A stretch of 64,000 bases of DNA, from the NCBI GenBank assembly GCA_964513345.1, contig CAZELY010000002.1, positions 13,578-77,577 of the forward strand, given 5' to 3'. The stretch is from an uncultured Muribaculaceae bacterium (GTDB taxonomy: Bacteria; Bacillota_I; Bacilli_A; RF39; UBA660). Positions 19,173 through 27,733 of the stretch are shown in pieces. The notes beneath the pieces were generated by a model that ran no database searches, was not told the DNA's origin, and saw only the letters and a list, made by a program, of their open reading frames with translations. Positions within the stretch are counted from its first letter, which is position 1; each line of letters begins with the position of its first letter. The translations under genes and the position numbers were made by a program.

Positions 19173-20246
19173 ATGAATCAATTTTTAGCTTCGGCGCAAA
19201 GAATAATTCGAAATAAAAATTTCGTAACAATTGTAGGCATAATACTTGTTTTGGCTTTATTATATTGGGGATACAGCAGTCAAATCAATAAAGCCGTTAA
19301 TCCTGTTTCTGTTCCAGTAGCAATAGAAACAATTCAACCACGCACGCAAATTACGGAGGACATGATTGAAATGGTAACTATGCCTGCTATTTCAGTGAGT
19401 GATAACGTTATCAAAAATAAAGACTCAATTATAGGGAAATATACTGCTGTTAACACAGTGGTTCCAGCTGGCAGCATGTTTTATACAGACACAGTCATTG
19501 ATCAAAGTCAATTACCAGATTCTGTATTTGTCAAGGTGAAAAAAGGAGAAGTTGTTTATAATTTCCCAGTTGATATGGAAACAACTTATGGTAATTCAAT
19601 ATATCCAGGAAATAAAATTGACATTTACATGAAAACTGGTGATGGTTCTGCAGAAAAAGTCATGCTTGGTAAATTGGTTGAAAATGTTGAAGTTTTGGCT
19701 GTAAAAGATTCTGCTGGTAGAGATGTGTTTGAAAATAGTAGTGAATCAAGAACTCCAGATATGATTATATTTGGTGTTCCGGAAGAAATAGGTTTATTAC
19801 TTAGAAAAGCATCTTATATGTCCGCTATTGGTGTTGAATTATTCCCAGTGCCACATGGCGGTAGCGTATCTACTGTTGGTGCTACGGAAGTTTCTACACA
19901 ACAACTTGCAGATTATATTGAGGCTCATGCTGTAAATATTCCAATTCCGAAAAAAGAAACTACTGATGAATTGTTACCAACATTTACACAAAAGAACAAT
20001 ACTGTAACTATTACATTCCCTAAAGGTTGCGGAACTAAATATACATGTACCTATTCTAAAGATGGAGCTTTACCAATAACTGTAACAAAAGCAACTCAAA
20101 AAGTTAATTTTACAGCAACTGGCAAATTAACAGCTACGTTAAAAGAAAAAGATGGTACAGAGCATATAGCTAACCAAGATGTTAAAATCGAAGCTAGTCA
20201 ATCAACTAATTCAACTACAAATCAAACTCAAAATGCAGGTGCATAA
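19173..20246 (+). CDS. cpaB: Flp/Tad pilus assembly protein CpaB/RcpC-like (SAF domain)
   Basis: N-terminal TM, a SAF-like segment (VPVAIETIQPRTQITEDMIEMVTMP...VVPAGSMFYTDTVI) and an RcpC-like segment (GNSIYPGNKIDIYM...VENVEVLAV...LLLRKASYM). A Thr-rich C-terminal extension follows. Confidence 0.7.
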   Translation: MNQFLASAQRIIRNKNFVTIVGIILVLALLYWGYSSQINKAVNPVSVPVAIETIQPRTQITEDMIEMVTMPAISVSDNVIKNKDSIIGKYTAVNTVVPAGSMFYTDTVIDQSQLPDSVFVKVKKGEVVYNFPVDMETTYGNSIYPGNKIDIYMKTGDGSAEKVMLGKLVENVEVLAVKDSAGRDVFENSSESRTPDMIIFGVPEEIGLLLRKASYMSAIGVELFPVPHGGSVSTVGATEVSTQQLADYIEAHAVNIPIPKKETTDELLPTFTQKNNTVTITFPKGCGTKYTCTYSKDGALPITVTKATQKVNFTATGKLTATLKEKDGTEHIANQDVKIEASQSTNSTTNQTQNAGA

Positions 20247-20248
20247 TT

Positions 20249-21562
20249 ATGCATGAGAGCATGTTTGAGCAGATTGATTTTGGCCCGTTAAAAGAGTTTT
20301 TAGAAAATGACGACATAACCGATATTTCATATGATAATGGTGGACAAATTCATTTAAAAACGTTATCTAGAGGTATTTATCGAATTGAAAAACCAGAAAT
20401 AAACAATGCTTTTATGGAAAAATTAGCCTTTCAGTGTTCAAATGTTATGGGTAAGACATTTAACATGGCTCATCCATTTCTGGATGCTGAAAGCGCAGAA
20501 CTCCGTTTAAATTTTGTTCATGATTCAATTGCTACAAATGGCATTGCATGCGTTATTCGTAAAACACCAGCCAAAATCAGATTACAAAAAGAAAAAATAA
20601 TAGCTGAAAAGTATATTGAGCCTGATATTCATGATTTCCTTGAATACTGTGTCAAAGGACACTGTAATATAATTGCTTGTGGTGAAACGGGCTCAGGTAA
20701 AACCGAATTAGTTAAATATTTGGCTTCTAAAATAGCAGAAGATGAGAAAATAATTACAATAGAAGATACATTGGAGCTTCACTTAGATAGAATTTTTCCA
20801 CACAGGGATATTGTTTCTATGAAAACTAATAATATTGCTTCGTATAGTGATGTATTAGTAACTTGTATGCGACAAAATCCGAAATGGATTTTACTATCAG
20901 AAGTTCGTAGTGCTGAAGCGGTTCTAGCCGTAAGAAATTCAATTTCTTCTGGTCACTATATCTTATCAACAATTCATGCCGATAAAGCCTCTTCAATACC
21001 AAATCGTATGTATAGTTTGCTTGAAACTAGTCAAAATATCGAACAATTTTTGAAAACAATTCATCGATATGTTCAAATTGGTATATATGTAAGAGGTTAT
21101 ACCGATAAAGCAACTCACAATTTTGTTCGTGAGATTGCCGAAGTTACCGAGTTTTATGTTGATGAAAATAATGAAGCTAAGAGTAATACTATATATAGAA
21201 AAACGGCCAATGGGACTGTTAATAGAAAAAATCCTTCTAAATATTTAGTTGATTATTTAGAAGTTCAAGGTGTGTATTTACCGAAGGAAATGCTTTTGTT
21301 AGGAGAAAATGTTCCATTATCAGAGGCTGAAGGAAAAATAAAGGAAAACAGTAATGGAAGAATTCCAATTATTGATACTTCAGCTGGAACAAAAACGTTA
21401 GAACCGGCTTCTTCACAAGTAAAGGTAGAAACTCCACAACCGCCGGTTGTAGGATCTAAACCTGAACCTAAGGTAGTACCTGAACAGCCAGTGCCAATTG
21501 TAAAAGTAGCACAACCTGTTCAGATGCCTGTAGGACAAGCTCCTATAGTAAATAATGAATAA
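20249..21562 (+). CDS. cpaF: CpaF/TadA-type secretion ATPase (VirB11/T2SE superfamily) with Pro-rich C-terminal tail
   Basis: Walker A CGETGSGKTE, Asp box ITIEDTLELHL, Walker B region RQNPKWILLSEVR and His box GHYILSTIHA. The tail is VETPQPPVVGSKPEPKVVPEQPVPIVKVAQPVQMPVGQAP. Confidence 0.8.
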   Translation: MHESMFEQIDFGPLKEFLENDDITDISYDNGGQIHLKTLSRGIYRIEKPEINNAFMEKLAFQCSNVMGKTFNMAHPFLDAESAELRLNFVHDSIATNGIACVIRKTPAKIRLQKEKIIAEKYIEPDIHDFLEYCVKGHCNIIACGETGSGKTELVKYLASKIAEDEKIITIEDTLELHLDRIFPHRDIVSMKTNNIASYSDVLVTCMRQNPKWILLSEVRSAEAVLAVRNSISSGHYILSTIHADKASSIPNRMYSLLETSQNIEQFLKTIHRYVQIGIYVRGYTDKATHNFVREIAEVTEFYVDENNEAKSNTIYRKTANGTVNRKNPSKYLVDYLEVQGVYLPKEMLLLGENVPLSEAEGKIKENSNGRIPIIDTSAGTKTLEPASSQVKVETPQPPVVGSKPEPKVVPEQPVPIVKVAQPVQMPVGQAPIVNNE

Positions 21563-21574
21563 AGGAGGGAAAAT

Positions 21575-22477
21575 ATGACATTTATAATATTTGCAATAGT
21601 TCTGGCTATTTGCATTTTCGTTGTTGTTTATCGCAGCGACAGAAAAACAAATGCTTATAAATTTATTAATGAAAAAATAACTTTTGTTTATAACAAATAT
21701 ACTCCTTATTCATTTAGAATGATAAGGGAAAAAGTTAAAGAATTGGGTCAGGAATATACCCCAAGACAATATTTTATTCAAATTGTTGTTTTTGCAGCAG
21801 GATCCGCAACAATTACATATTTATATTTCTATAGTATACCTATTTCGTTGATGTATTCAGCAGCATCAATTTTGGTAATTCCAGTATTAACTTATTGGCG
21901 CTGCAAAAGAGTATATAGTGAGTTCATATTTGAACAAATACAAGTATATACAACTAATACCATTATGGAATTTAATACAACCCAAGCGTTTGTTAAAGCT
22001 TTGGAAGGAGTTTATGAATCTAATGTCTTAGAGGATCCAGTTAAGCAAGATGTTAAGACGATGATTGATATGGCTTATGAAAACGGAACCATTGAATCAT
22101 CGATAGAATTCTTTAATGCAAAATATGATTATTATATCGTTAGAAATATGCATCAATTGTTTTTACAAATTACTAATGAAGGTTCGAGAGATTCAGGAGA
22201 AGCCTTAGAAAACATGAGCCAGGATATTGATATGCTTGTTGAAGCTGTTTATAGAGATCGTATCGATAGAGCTGGTTTCCATAAAAAGTTTTTACAATTT
22301 GGTATTGTCTTATATTTAATGGTTATGTTGGTTCAATTTTTACTTGGTGTTGAAACTTATAACCAAATGCTAGAAAGTTTATGGGTGAGGCTTTTACTTC
22401 ATGGAATTATTTTGCTAAATACATTTTTTATCCTAAATGGGGAAAAATACTATAATGAAGATGTGGGGGCGGAATAA
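21575..22477 (+). CDS. tadB: TadB-like pilus platform membrane protein (T2SSF-like)
   Basis: Topology is TM, TM pair, a soluble domain of about 110 aa, then C-terminal TMs. Its position immediately after the CpaF-type ATPase supports the call. The assignment rests on architecture and context. Confidence 0.6.
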   Translation: MTFIIFAIVLAICIFVVVYRSDRKTNAYKFINEKITFVYNKYTPYSFRMIREKVKELGQEYTPRQYFIQIVVFAAGSATITYLYFYSIPISLMYSAASILVIPVLTYWRCKRVYSEFIFEQIQVYTTNTIMEFNTTQAFVKALEGVYESNVLEDPVKQDVKTMIDMAYENGTIESSIEFFNAKYDYYIVRNMHQLFLQITNEGSRDSGEALENMSQDIDMLVEAVYRDRIDRAGFHKKFLQFGIVLYLMVMLVQFLLGVETYNQMLESLWVRLLLHGIILLNTFFILNGEKYYNEDVGAE

Positions 22478-23274
22478 TGGAAATAAGTACAGGTATGTTA
22501 TTTATATTTATTGGAATTATTGCTATTGCTATATTTGAGGCTAATAACCATTTCAATAGTAAAAAATTTGTTAATGACGCTTATCCGTATTTTAAATTTT
22601 TAATGGAAGATGATTATAAATTTTTGTTAAATGTTAAATATGGTGACGTTGATCTTAATAAAATGTTTTCAATTCGTATTAGAAATGGATTGATTGTTAT
22701 TGTGTTTGTATTTTTCTTGTTTCTATCAAGATTATCATTCTTATACATATTAGCATCAGTATTAGCTGGATTTGCGATGTTTAAATTACCATATATTCAA
22801 TTAAAAAATTTTTACAAAGCAAATTTACATCGAATAAATTTGCTGCTACCATATTATTTAAAATCACTAGAAATTTTGGCACAACACTATACAATTCCGG
22901 TGGCAATTTCAAGATCGGTTGTTACAGCACCAGATATATTCAAACCAGGCTTGGAAAGATTAATTCAAAAAATTGATGAAGGTGATTCAAGTGTTCAACC
23001 ATATATGGATTTTGCAAATGAATATCCGGTAAGAGACTCTATGAGAATGATGAGACTTCTTTATCGTTTAAGCTTAGGTAGTCAAGAGAATAAACAGGAA
23101 CAGCTGTTAACATTTTCAAGGACAATTTCGGCACTTCAAAACAAGGCTCGTGAACAAAAATATCAAGAGCGATTGGATAAGATGGAAAAGAAAACAATGA
23201 TTATGTTATTTGGAACAGGTGGAGGTATTATAGTATTTCTAATGCTTTCAATGATGCAAATGATGAACTTATAG
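22477..23274 (+). CDS. tadC: TadC-like pilus platform membrane protein (T2SSF-like)
   Basis: Same architecture as the previous gene, with an ATGA-type start/stop overlap to it. The soluble domain reads LLPYYLKSLEILAQHYTIPVAISRSV... Confidence 0.6.
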   Translation: MEISTGMLFIFIGIIAIAIFEANNHFNSKKFVNDAYPYFKFLMEDDYKFLLNVKYGDVDLNKMFSIRIRNGLIVIVFVFFLFLSRLSFLYILASVLAGFAMFKLPYIQLKNFYKANLHRINLLLPYYLKSLEILAQHYTIPVAISRSVVTAPDIFKPGLERLIQKIDEGDSSVQPYMDFANEYPVRDSMRMMRLLYRLSLGSQENKQEQLLTFSRTISALQNKAREQKYQERLDKMEKKTMIMLFGTGGGIIVFLMLSMMQMMNL

Positions 23275-23328
23275 ACAAATTAAAAAAAATAAAGTATAAT
23301 TATATATATAATAAAGGGAGGTGAGACT

Positions 23329-23511
23329 GTGAAAGAAGCTGCAGGTGAAGCTAATATGACTGTAATTACAATTGTTTTAATTGGTATCGTCTTGGCTATT
23401 GGTACAATCGTTGTTACTAATATGATGAATAGTACACAAAATAGAACTAATTGTATTAATCAAGGCAAGACATGGACAAATGGTAAATGTGTTGCTGGAG
23501 CAAATCATTAA
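23329..23511 (+). CDS. small Flp-like/type IV-like major pilin candidate (GTG start)
   Basis: 60 aa with a GGGAGGTGA RBS. The sequence MKEAAG/EANMTVITIVLIGIVLAIGTIVVTNMM is followed by a short C-terminal region with two Cys. Confidence 0.5.
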   Translation: MKEAAGEANMTVITIVLIGIVLAIGTIVVTNMMNSTQNRTNCINQGKTWTNGKCVAGANH

Positions 23512-23533
23512 TTTATTGAAAGAAGGATAGTAT

Positions 23534-24031
23534 ATGCGTCAAGGAATAGGTGCGATTGGAACATTTAATATAATAATTATTTATATAATGGTAGTTTTTG
23601 GCCTGTTAATTGGCGCTATTAACTACTATAAGGCCTATAAAATTAATTCTAGAGTTCTAGACATTATCGAAAAATATGAAGGTTATAATAGCCTTGCAGT
23701 TAGTGAAATCGATGATTTCATGGGAAGCATTGGGTATGTCCAAGGTAATAAGGGATGCGAAAATACAAGCCATGGAGCTAATCTAGTGACTAAAAAAAAT
23801 GGCGGTCATGATATGGATCAAAACTACGATTATTGTGTGTATTTTCATCCGGCTGATGGCACTAAGAAAGACATCAACGGAACAAAAACCTATTATAATT
23901 ACAGTGTAGTAACTTATATTTATATTGATTTACCAGGATTTAATCAAATGAATGGTGGCCATGGCATACCGGTTTATACTAAAGGCGAAAGGACCTATAA
24001 ATTTGGGACTAAAAACCCAGCAAGTGGTTGA
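23534..24031 (+). CDS. TadE/TadF-like pseudopilin candidate (paralog 1)
   Basis: MRQGIG/AIGTFNIIIIYIMVVFGLLIG leader and helix. It shares YxKAxKxNxR, Y[DE]YCVY and TY[IM]Y[IV]D[LF]P blocks with the next ORF. Confidence 0.5.
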   Translation: MRQGIGAIGTFNIIIIYIMVVFGLLIGAINYYKAYKINSRVLDIIEKYEGYNSLAVSEIDDFMGSIGYVQGNKGCENTSHGANLVTKKNGGHDMDQNYDYCVYFHPADGTKKDINGTKTYYNYSVVTYIYIDLPGFNQMNGGHGIPVYTKGERTYKFGTKNPASG

Positions 24032-24047
24032 TAAGGAGTGATAAAAC

Positions 24048-24560
24048 ATGAATGAAGCATTAGGGAATGCCTTACTTTTTAAATTAGCTATTGGTTTTAT
24101 TCTTATTCTGTCGGCCATTTTTTTAGGATCTTTTGCCTATTCAAAGGCCTTTAAAGTCAATAATAGAATAATTGAGGAAATAGAAAAAAATGGCGAAACA
24201 AGTGGGCGACAAACAACGACTTTAGCGAACGCACTTAGTGCCTATAATAACGATGTGGCTGCTGAAATAGAAAGATGGCTAGTTAGCGGTGACAATAATC
24301 GTGGCATTGGCTATCGAGTTAGTTCAGGCAAAGCTCATTGTAACTATGATAAACCAGGTGCAGTATTAATGGATGGTATTAACAATAATTATGAGTACTG
24401 TGTTTATCAGATTAACACTTGTCATGCTGATGGTTCAAAAGAACGCTGCGGAGTTTATTATCACGTTATTACATATATGTATGTTGATTTTCCGCTGTTG
24501 GAGTTGTTTTTAATACCAGTGCATGGTGAAACAAGAACATTTGAAGTTTTAAATAGTTAA
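24048..24560 (+). CDS. TadE/TadF-like pseudopilin candidate (paralog 2)
   Basis: MNEALG/NALLFKLAIGFILILSAIFLG leader and helix. It is a paralog of 23534..24031. Confidence 0.5.
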   Translation: MNEALGNALLFKLAIGFILILSAIFLGSFAYSKAFKVNNRIIEEIEKNGETSGRQTTTLANALSAYNNDVAAEIERWLVSGDNNRGIGYRVSSGKAHCNYDKPGAVLMDGINNNYEYCVYQINTCHADGSKERCGVYYHVITYMYVDFPLLELFLIPVHGETRTFEVLNS

Positions 24561-24571
24561 GGAGGTGCTAA

Positions 24572-25573
24572 ATGAACGTAATTGTTGCTAATAAATATCG
24601 CGATGCTCTAGCGACTTTAGACATCGACGTTATTAAAAAATTAGATGGTGAATTCACTGTCGAAGAAATCATTGAATCATTCAAAAATTTCTTCTTTCAA
24701 AGAATGATTTTGGATGTTACCGCTTTGAAAGATTATAAGGATATTAAAACAATTCAAAAACTTTCTTTAGCGTTAGATATGGATAGACTTATATTACTTT
24801 TAGATGGCTCTCCTGAAGTAACAAATCCAGAATATTTATCAGACTTAATATCAATGCGAATATATAATTTTACGATGAATGTTGAAGGAGTTATGTATTT
24901 ATACAATAATCCTAACAGTTATCGTGATGTTGCCCAATATCACCAATTGGATACTTATCACGATGTTAATGCACCAGTTGCCCCAGCTCCAACAATGGAA
25001 TTTGGTTCTAATTCTTGCAGAGTTATTGGAATTAAAAACATTACTGATGGTGCCGGAGCTACAACATTAACTTACATTATGAAAAAGCAATTAGAAAGAA
25101 ATTATTCAGTTGTTGCTTTAGAAATAGGCAAGCGTGATTTTGTTTATTTCGGTGATGAAAAAATGTATAGTATTACTGATGGTGAACTTGGCAACAATAT
25201 TTCAAAATATAATTCAAATGATGTTATTTTGGTAGATATCAATAATAGTATTTCTGCTGAAGGATTAGTTGATGACATGTTATATTTGGTAGAACCCTCA
25301 AAGATAAAACTAAATAAACTTTTATCTAAAAATATGAATGCTTTTACTAAATATAAAAACAAGAAAATTGTTTTAAACAAGAGTCTACTAAACAAACAAG
25401 ATGTAATGGATTTTGAATATGAAACTAAAACGACGACGTTTTATAATGTTCCACCATTATATGATCAAGAAAACTCCAATAGTAGCCTTGATAAGTTGTT
25501 GTCTAAATTAGGCTTTGCTAAACAAAGCGATGAGAATCCTTCAGATAAAAAAGGATTATTTGGAAAACTATAA
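24572..25573 (+). CDS. tadZ: TadZ/CpaE-like protein (pseudo-receiver plus degenerate ParA/MinD ATPase domain)
   Basis: The C-terminal half follows the ParA/MinD layout, but the P-loop reads GIKNITDGAGATTLT with no Walker Lys. The N-terminal ~130 aa are receiver-like. It is the last gene of the Tad-like operon. Confidence 0.55.
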   Translation: MNVIVANKYRDALATLDIDVIKKLDGEFTVEEIIESFKNFFFQRMILDVTALKDYKDIKTIQKLSLALDMDRLILLLDGSPEVTNPEYLSDLISMRIYNFTMNVEGVMYLYNNPNSYRDVAQYHQLDTYHDVNAPVAPAPTMEFGSNSCRVIGIKNITDGAGATTLTYIMKKQLERNYSVVALEIGKRDFVYFGDEKMYSITDGELGNNISKYNSNDVILVDINNSISAEGLVDDMLYLVEPSKIKLNKLLSKNMNAFTKYKNKKIVLNKSLLNKQDVMDFEYETKTTTFYNVPPLYDQENSNSSLDKLLSKLGFAKQSDENPSDKKGLFGKL

Positions 25574-25602
25574 TATACAAGCGAAACTTGTATATTTTTT
25601 CT
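25573..25602 (+). terminator. rho-independent terminator closing the Tad-like operon
   Basis: ATATACAAG (25573-25581) pairs with CTTGTATAT (25587-25595), followed by a T-run. Confidence 0.7.
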
Positions 25603-25632
25603 TTGTTTTTTAAACCTTTTTACCTATGGTTA

Positions 25633-25661
25633 TTGACAAAAAACCATTTTTAAAGTATCAT
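25633..25661 (+). promoter_or_regulatory. putative promoter of the T4SS module
   Basis: TTGACA (25633-25638), a 17-nt spacer, then TATCAT (25656-25661). Confidence 0.5.
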
Positions 25662-25688
25662 TATATCATAAGGAGAAGGAGGAAGAAT

Positions 25689-26081
25689 ATGGGATTAATT
25701 AACATATTAGAAGACATCAGTTGTAGTATGGGAGGAACTGATTCAATTACAATACCTGGCGGTGTTGCTGGAATAATTCATTTTATTATTTTAGTTATCC
25801 AAGTTGCTGTTCCTATCATGCTTATTATTTGGGGAATGATTGATTTTGCCAAATCTACAATCGGTGGTAGTGAAGATGACATTAAGAAAGGGCAAAAAGT
25901 ATTTGTAAAAAGACTTATCGCAGCTATTATTGTTTTCTTAATTATTACTGTTACACAATTAATTATCACAACTGTTGGTACTGCTACTAAAGATGAAGGC
26001 GGAACTAGTGATGCTGGAAATGCTTGGAAATGTGCTTGTAAAATAATTAAGAATAACAATACTGCTTGTGAAAAATATTAA
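25689..26081 (+). CDS. VirB2/TrbC-like T4SS pilin-like hairpin protein (short form 1)
   Basis: I prefer the ATG at 25689, preceded by GGAGAAGGAGGAAG. There are two hydrophobic helices around a charged loop: IIHFIILVIQVAVPIMLIIWGMIDFAKSTIGGSEDDIKKGQKVFVKRLIAAIIVFLIITV. Confidence 0.55.
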   Translation: MGLINILEDISCSMGGTDSITIPGGVAGIIHFIILVIQVAVPIMLIIWGMIDFAKSTIGGSEDDIKKGQKVFVKRLIAAIIVFLIITVTQLIITTVGTATKDEGGTSDAGNAWKCACKIIKNNNTACEKY

Positions 26082-26098
26082 AGAAAGAAGGAATATAA

Positions 26099-26500
26099 AT
26101 GCTTAATATATTAGATACAGCTAACACAACAATTTGTGCTGGTATAGAAGTGCCAGACGAATTATTTAATTTAGTTGCAACTATTATTAGAATAATCAAA
26201 ATTGTTGTTCCAATACTTTTAATTATTTGGGGAATGATTGATTTTGCTAAATCAATTGTAGCTAAAAAAGAAGATGATATAAAAGCTTATCGTAAAGCAT
26301 TTATATCTCGATTAATTTCAGCTGTTTTAGTATTTTTAGTAATAACTATTGTTCAACTTACAGTAGGCTTAGTATCCGGAGTTGAAAAGCAGTCACATAT
26401 TGAAGGTCAAACCACTGGTGATATTTGGGCATGCAGTAAGAAATTCATCAATGGTGTTGCTACTGAAGATAAAAAAGACACTGAAGAAACATCAAATTAA
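26099..26500 (+). CDS. VirB2/TrbC-like T4SS pilin-like hairpin protein (short form 2)
   Basis: Paralog of the previous ORF: IIKIVVPILLIIWGMIDFAKSIVAKKEDDIKAYRKAFISRLISAVLVFLVITI. Confidence 0.55.
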   Translation: MLNILDTANTTICAGIEVPDELFNLVATIIRIIKIVVPILLIIWGMIDFAKSIVAKKEDDIKAYRKAFISRLISAVLVFLVITIVQLTVGLVSGVEKQSHIEGQTTGDIWACSKKFINGVATEDKKDTEETSN

Positions 26501-26537
26501 CGAAAGGGGCAATAAATTATTTATTGCTTTCTTTTTT

Positions 26538-26548
26538 TATGGTATAAT
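26538..26548 (+). promoter_or_regulatory. extended -10 promoter of cassette A
   Basis: TATGGTATAAT (TGnTATAAT) lies directly after the hairpin and T-run that follow 26099..26500. Confidence 0.5.
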
Positions 26549-26582
26549 GTGCATAGTTGAAGTATGCTAGAGGAGTGGTATT

Positions 26583-27644
26583 GTGAATAGTAAATTAAAA
26601 AAAATGTTATTTACAAGTATAATATTGTTTTTCGGTATGTTTTTTGCAAACATCAATTTAGCATATGCGGAAGATGTTTGTGATGGTACTAATCCTAATG
26701 ATGTTTGCGACGGGGACGGTCATGGATTTGCCAAGTGTATATATGATTTCGAAAGTGTTTATGAGGATTCAGGAAGCCCTACAAATGGAGATAGTTCCTA
26801 TGAGTTAAGTGACTATGCCAAATATTATAGGCCTTATAGAATAGGCATGGTTGTTTATAAAAAAAATGATGGTCACTTTTATGGCTGGGGTGACATTGGC
26901 TGTGGTGCATGGGAAAAAGAAACTGATGAATATCATTATTCTGACACTGTTACAGGCACGTGTTTTATAGATAACTATAATAGTAATTTTACTAATTTTG
27001 ATGGTGGCACCTGGGAAAATTTTGTATCTAATGGTGATAAGGATAACCCTAAATGGACTTGCCCAGACAAAATATATATAGATATGGATAAAGCAGCAAA
27101 CGACCATCTTTCTATGCACTTTGTGAAATCAGCATGCACTAACGGAGTATGTCAATATGAGGTTTTATTATCAAATAATTTGAGCCAGCAAAATGGCCAA
27201 CCAGGGCAATTAAATGTTAGTGGTAAAAAAAGAGAAGGTAAAGATGATGGTTATGGAAGAGCGATTGATTATAAAAATGGAAAAAGTGAAACAAATTCTA
27301 ACTCAAAATATGATATAACCATTCCTTCAATTATAGCGGCATTTGCGGATCCATTGAAGGCGTATAAAGCCTCAAAAGGTGATGTGGATTGCGGTTTGAT
27401 TCCCGATTCCATCATGATAATTGTTAACAATGCAATTTTAATACTACAAGTTGTTGGTATTTTAGCGTTAGTTATTTTAACAATTATTGAATTTGTTAAA
27501 GTAATAACTACTGCCGAAGAAGATGGCTTAAAAGGCGCAATAAAAAACACCTTTAGAAGAATAATAATGGTAATTTTATTATTAATAGTTAGGCCGATAA
27601 TTATTTGGATTTTAGCTTTAATAAATTTGAGAAGTTGTATGTAA
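26583..27644 (+). CDS. secreted variable-ectodomain protein fused to a VirB2-like C-terminal hairpin (cassette A; GTG start)
   Basis: Signal peptide ...ANINLAYA/ED and a Cys-containing unique ectodomain of about 240 aa. The conserved module DCGLIPDSIMIIVNNAILILQVVGILALVILTIIEFVKVITTAEEDGLKGAIKNTFRRIIMVILLLIVRPIIIWILALINLRSCM follows. Confidence 0.65.
   Translation: MNSKLKKMLFTSIILFFGMFFANINLAYAEDVCDGTNPNDVCDGDGHGFAKCIYDFESVYEDSGSPTNGDSSYELSDYAKYYRPYRIGMVVYKKNDGHFYGWGDIGCGAWEKETDEYHYSDTVTGTCFIDNYNSNFTNFDGGTWENFVSNGDKDNPKWTCPDKIYIDMDKAANDHLSMHFVKSACTNGVCQYEVLLSNNLSQQNGQPGQLNVSGKKREGKDDGYGRAIDYKNGKSETNSNSKYDITIPSIIAAFADPLKAYKASKGDVDCGLIPDSIMIIVNNAILILQVVGILALVILTIIEFVKVITTAEEDGLKGAIKNTFRRIIMVILLLIVRPIIIWILALINLRSCM
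27387..27644 (+). repeat. conserved 3-prime module, copy A (most divergent)
   Basis: Encodes DCGLIPDS...RSCM and aligns by eye with 28469..28726 and 29304..29561. Confidence 0.8.
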
Positions 27645-27690
27645 AAATTTATGGATGAAAATAATAAAGCATTTATTATTTTCTTTTTTT

Positions 27691-27701
27691 TATGATATAA
27701 T
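27691..27701 (+). promoter_or_regulatory. extended -10 promoter of cassette B
   Basis: TATGATATAAT. The surrounding 27-nt stretch CTTTTTTTTATGATATAATATATTTGT is identical to the one upstream of cassette C. Confidence 0.55.
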
Positions 27702-27733
27702 ATATTTGTTGAGATTTACAGAGGAGTGATACT

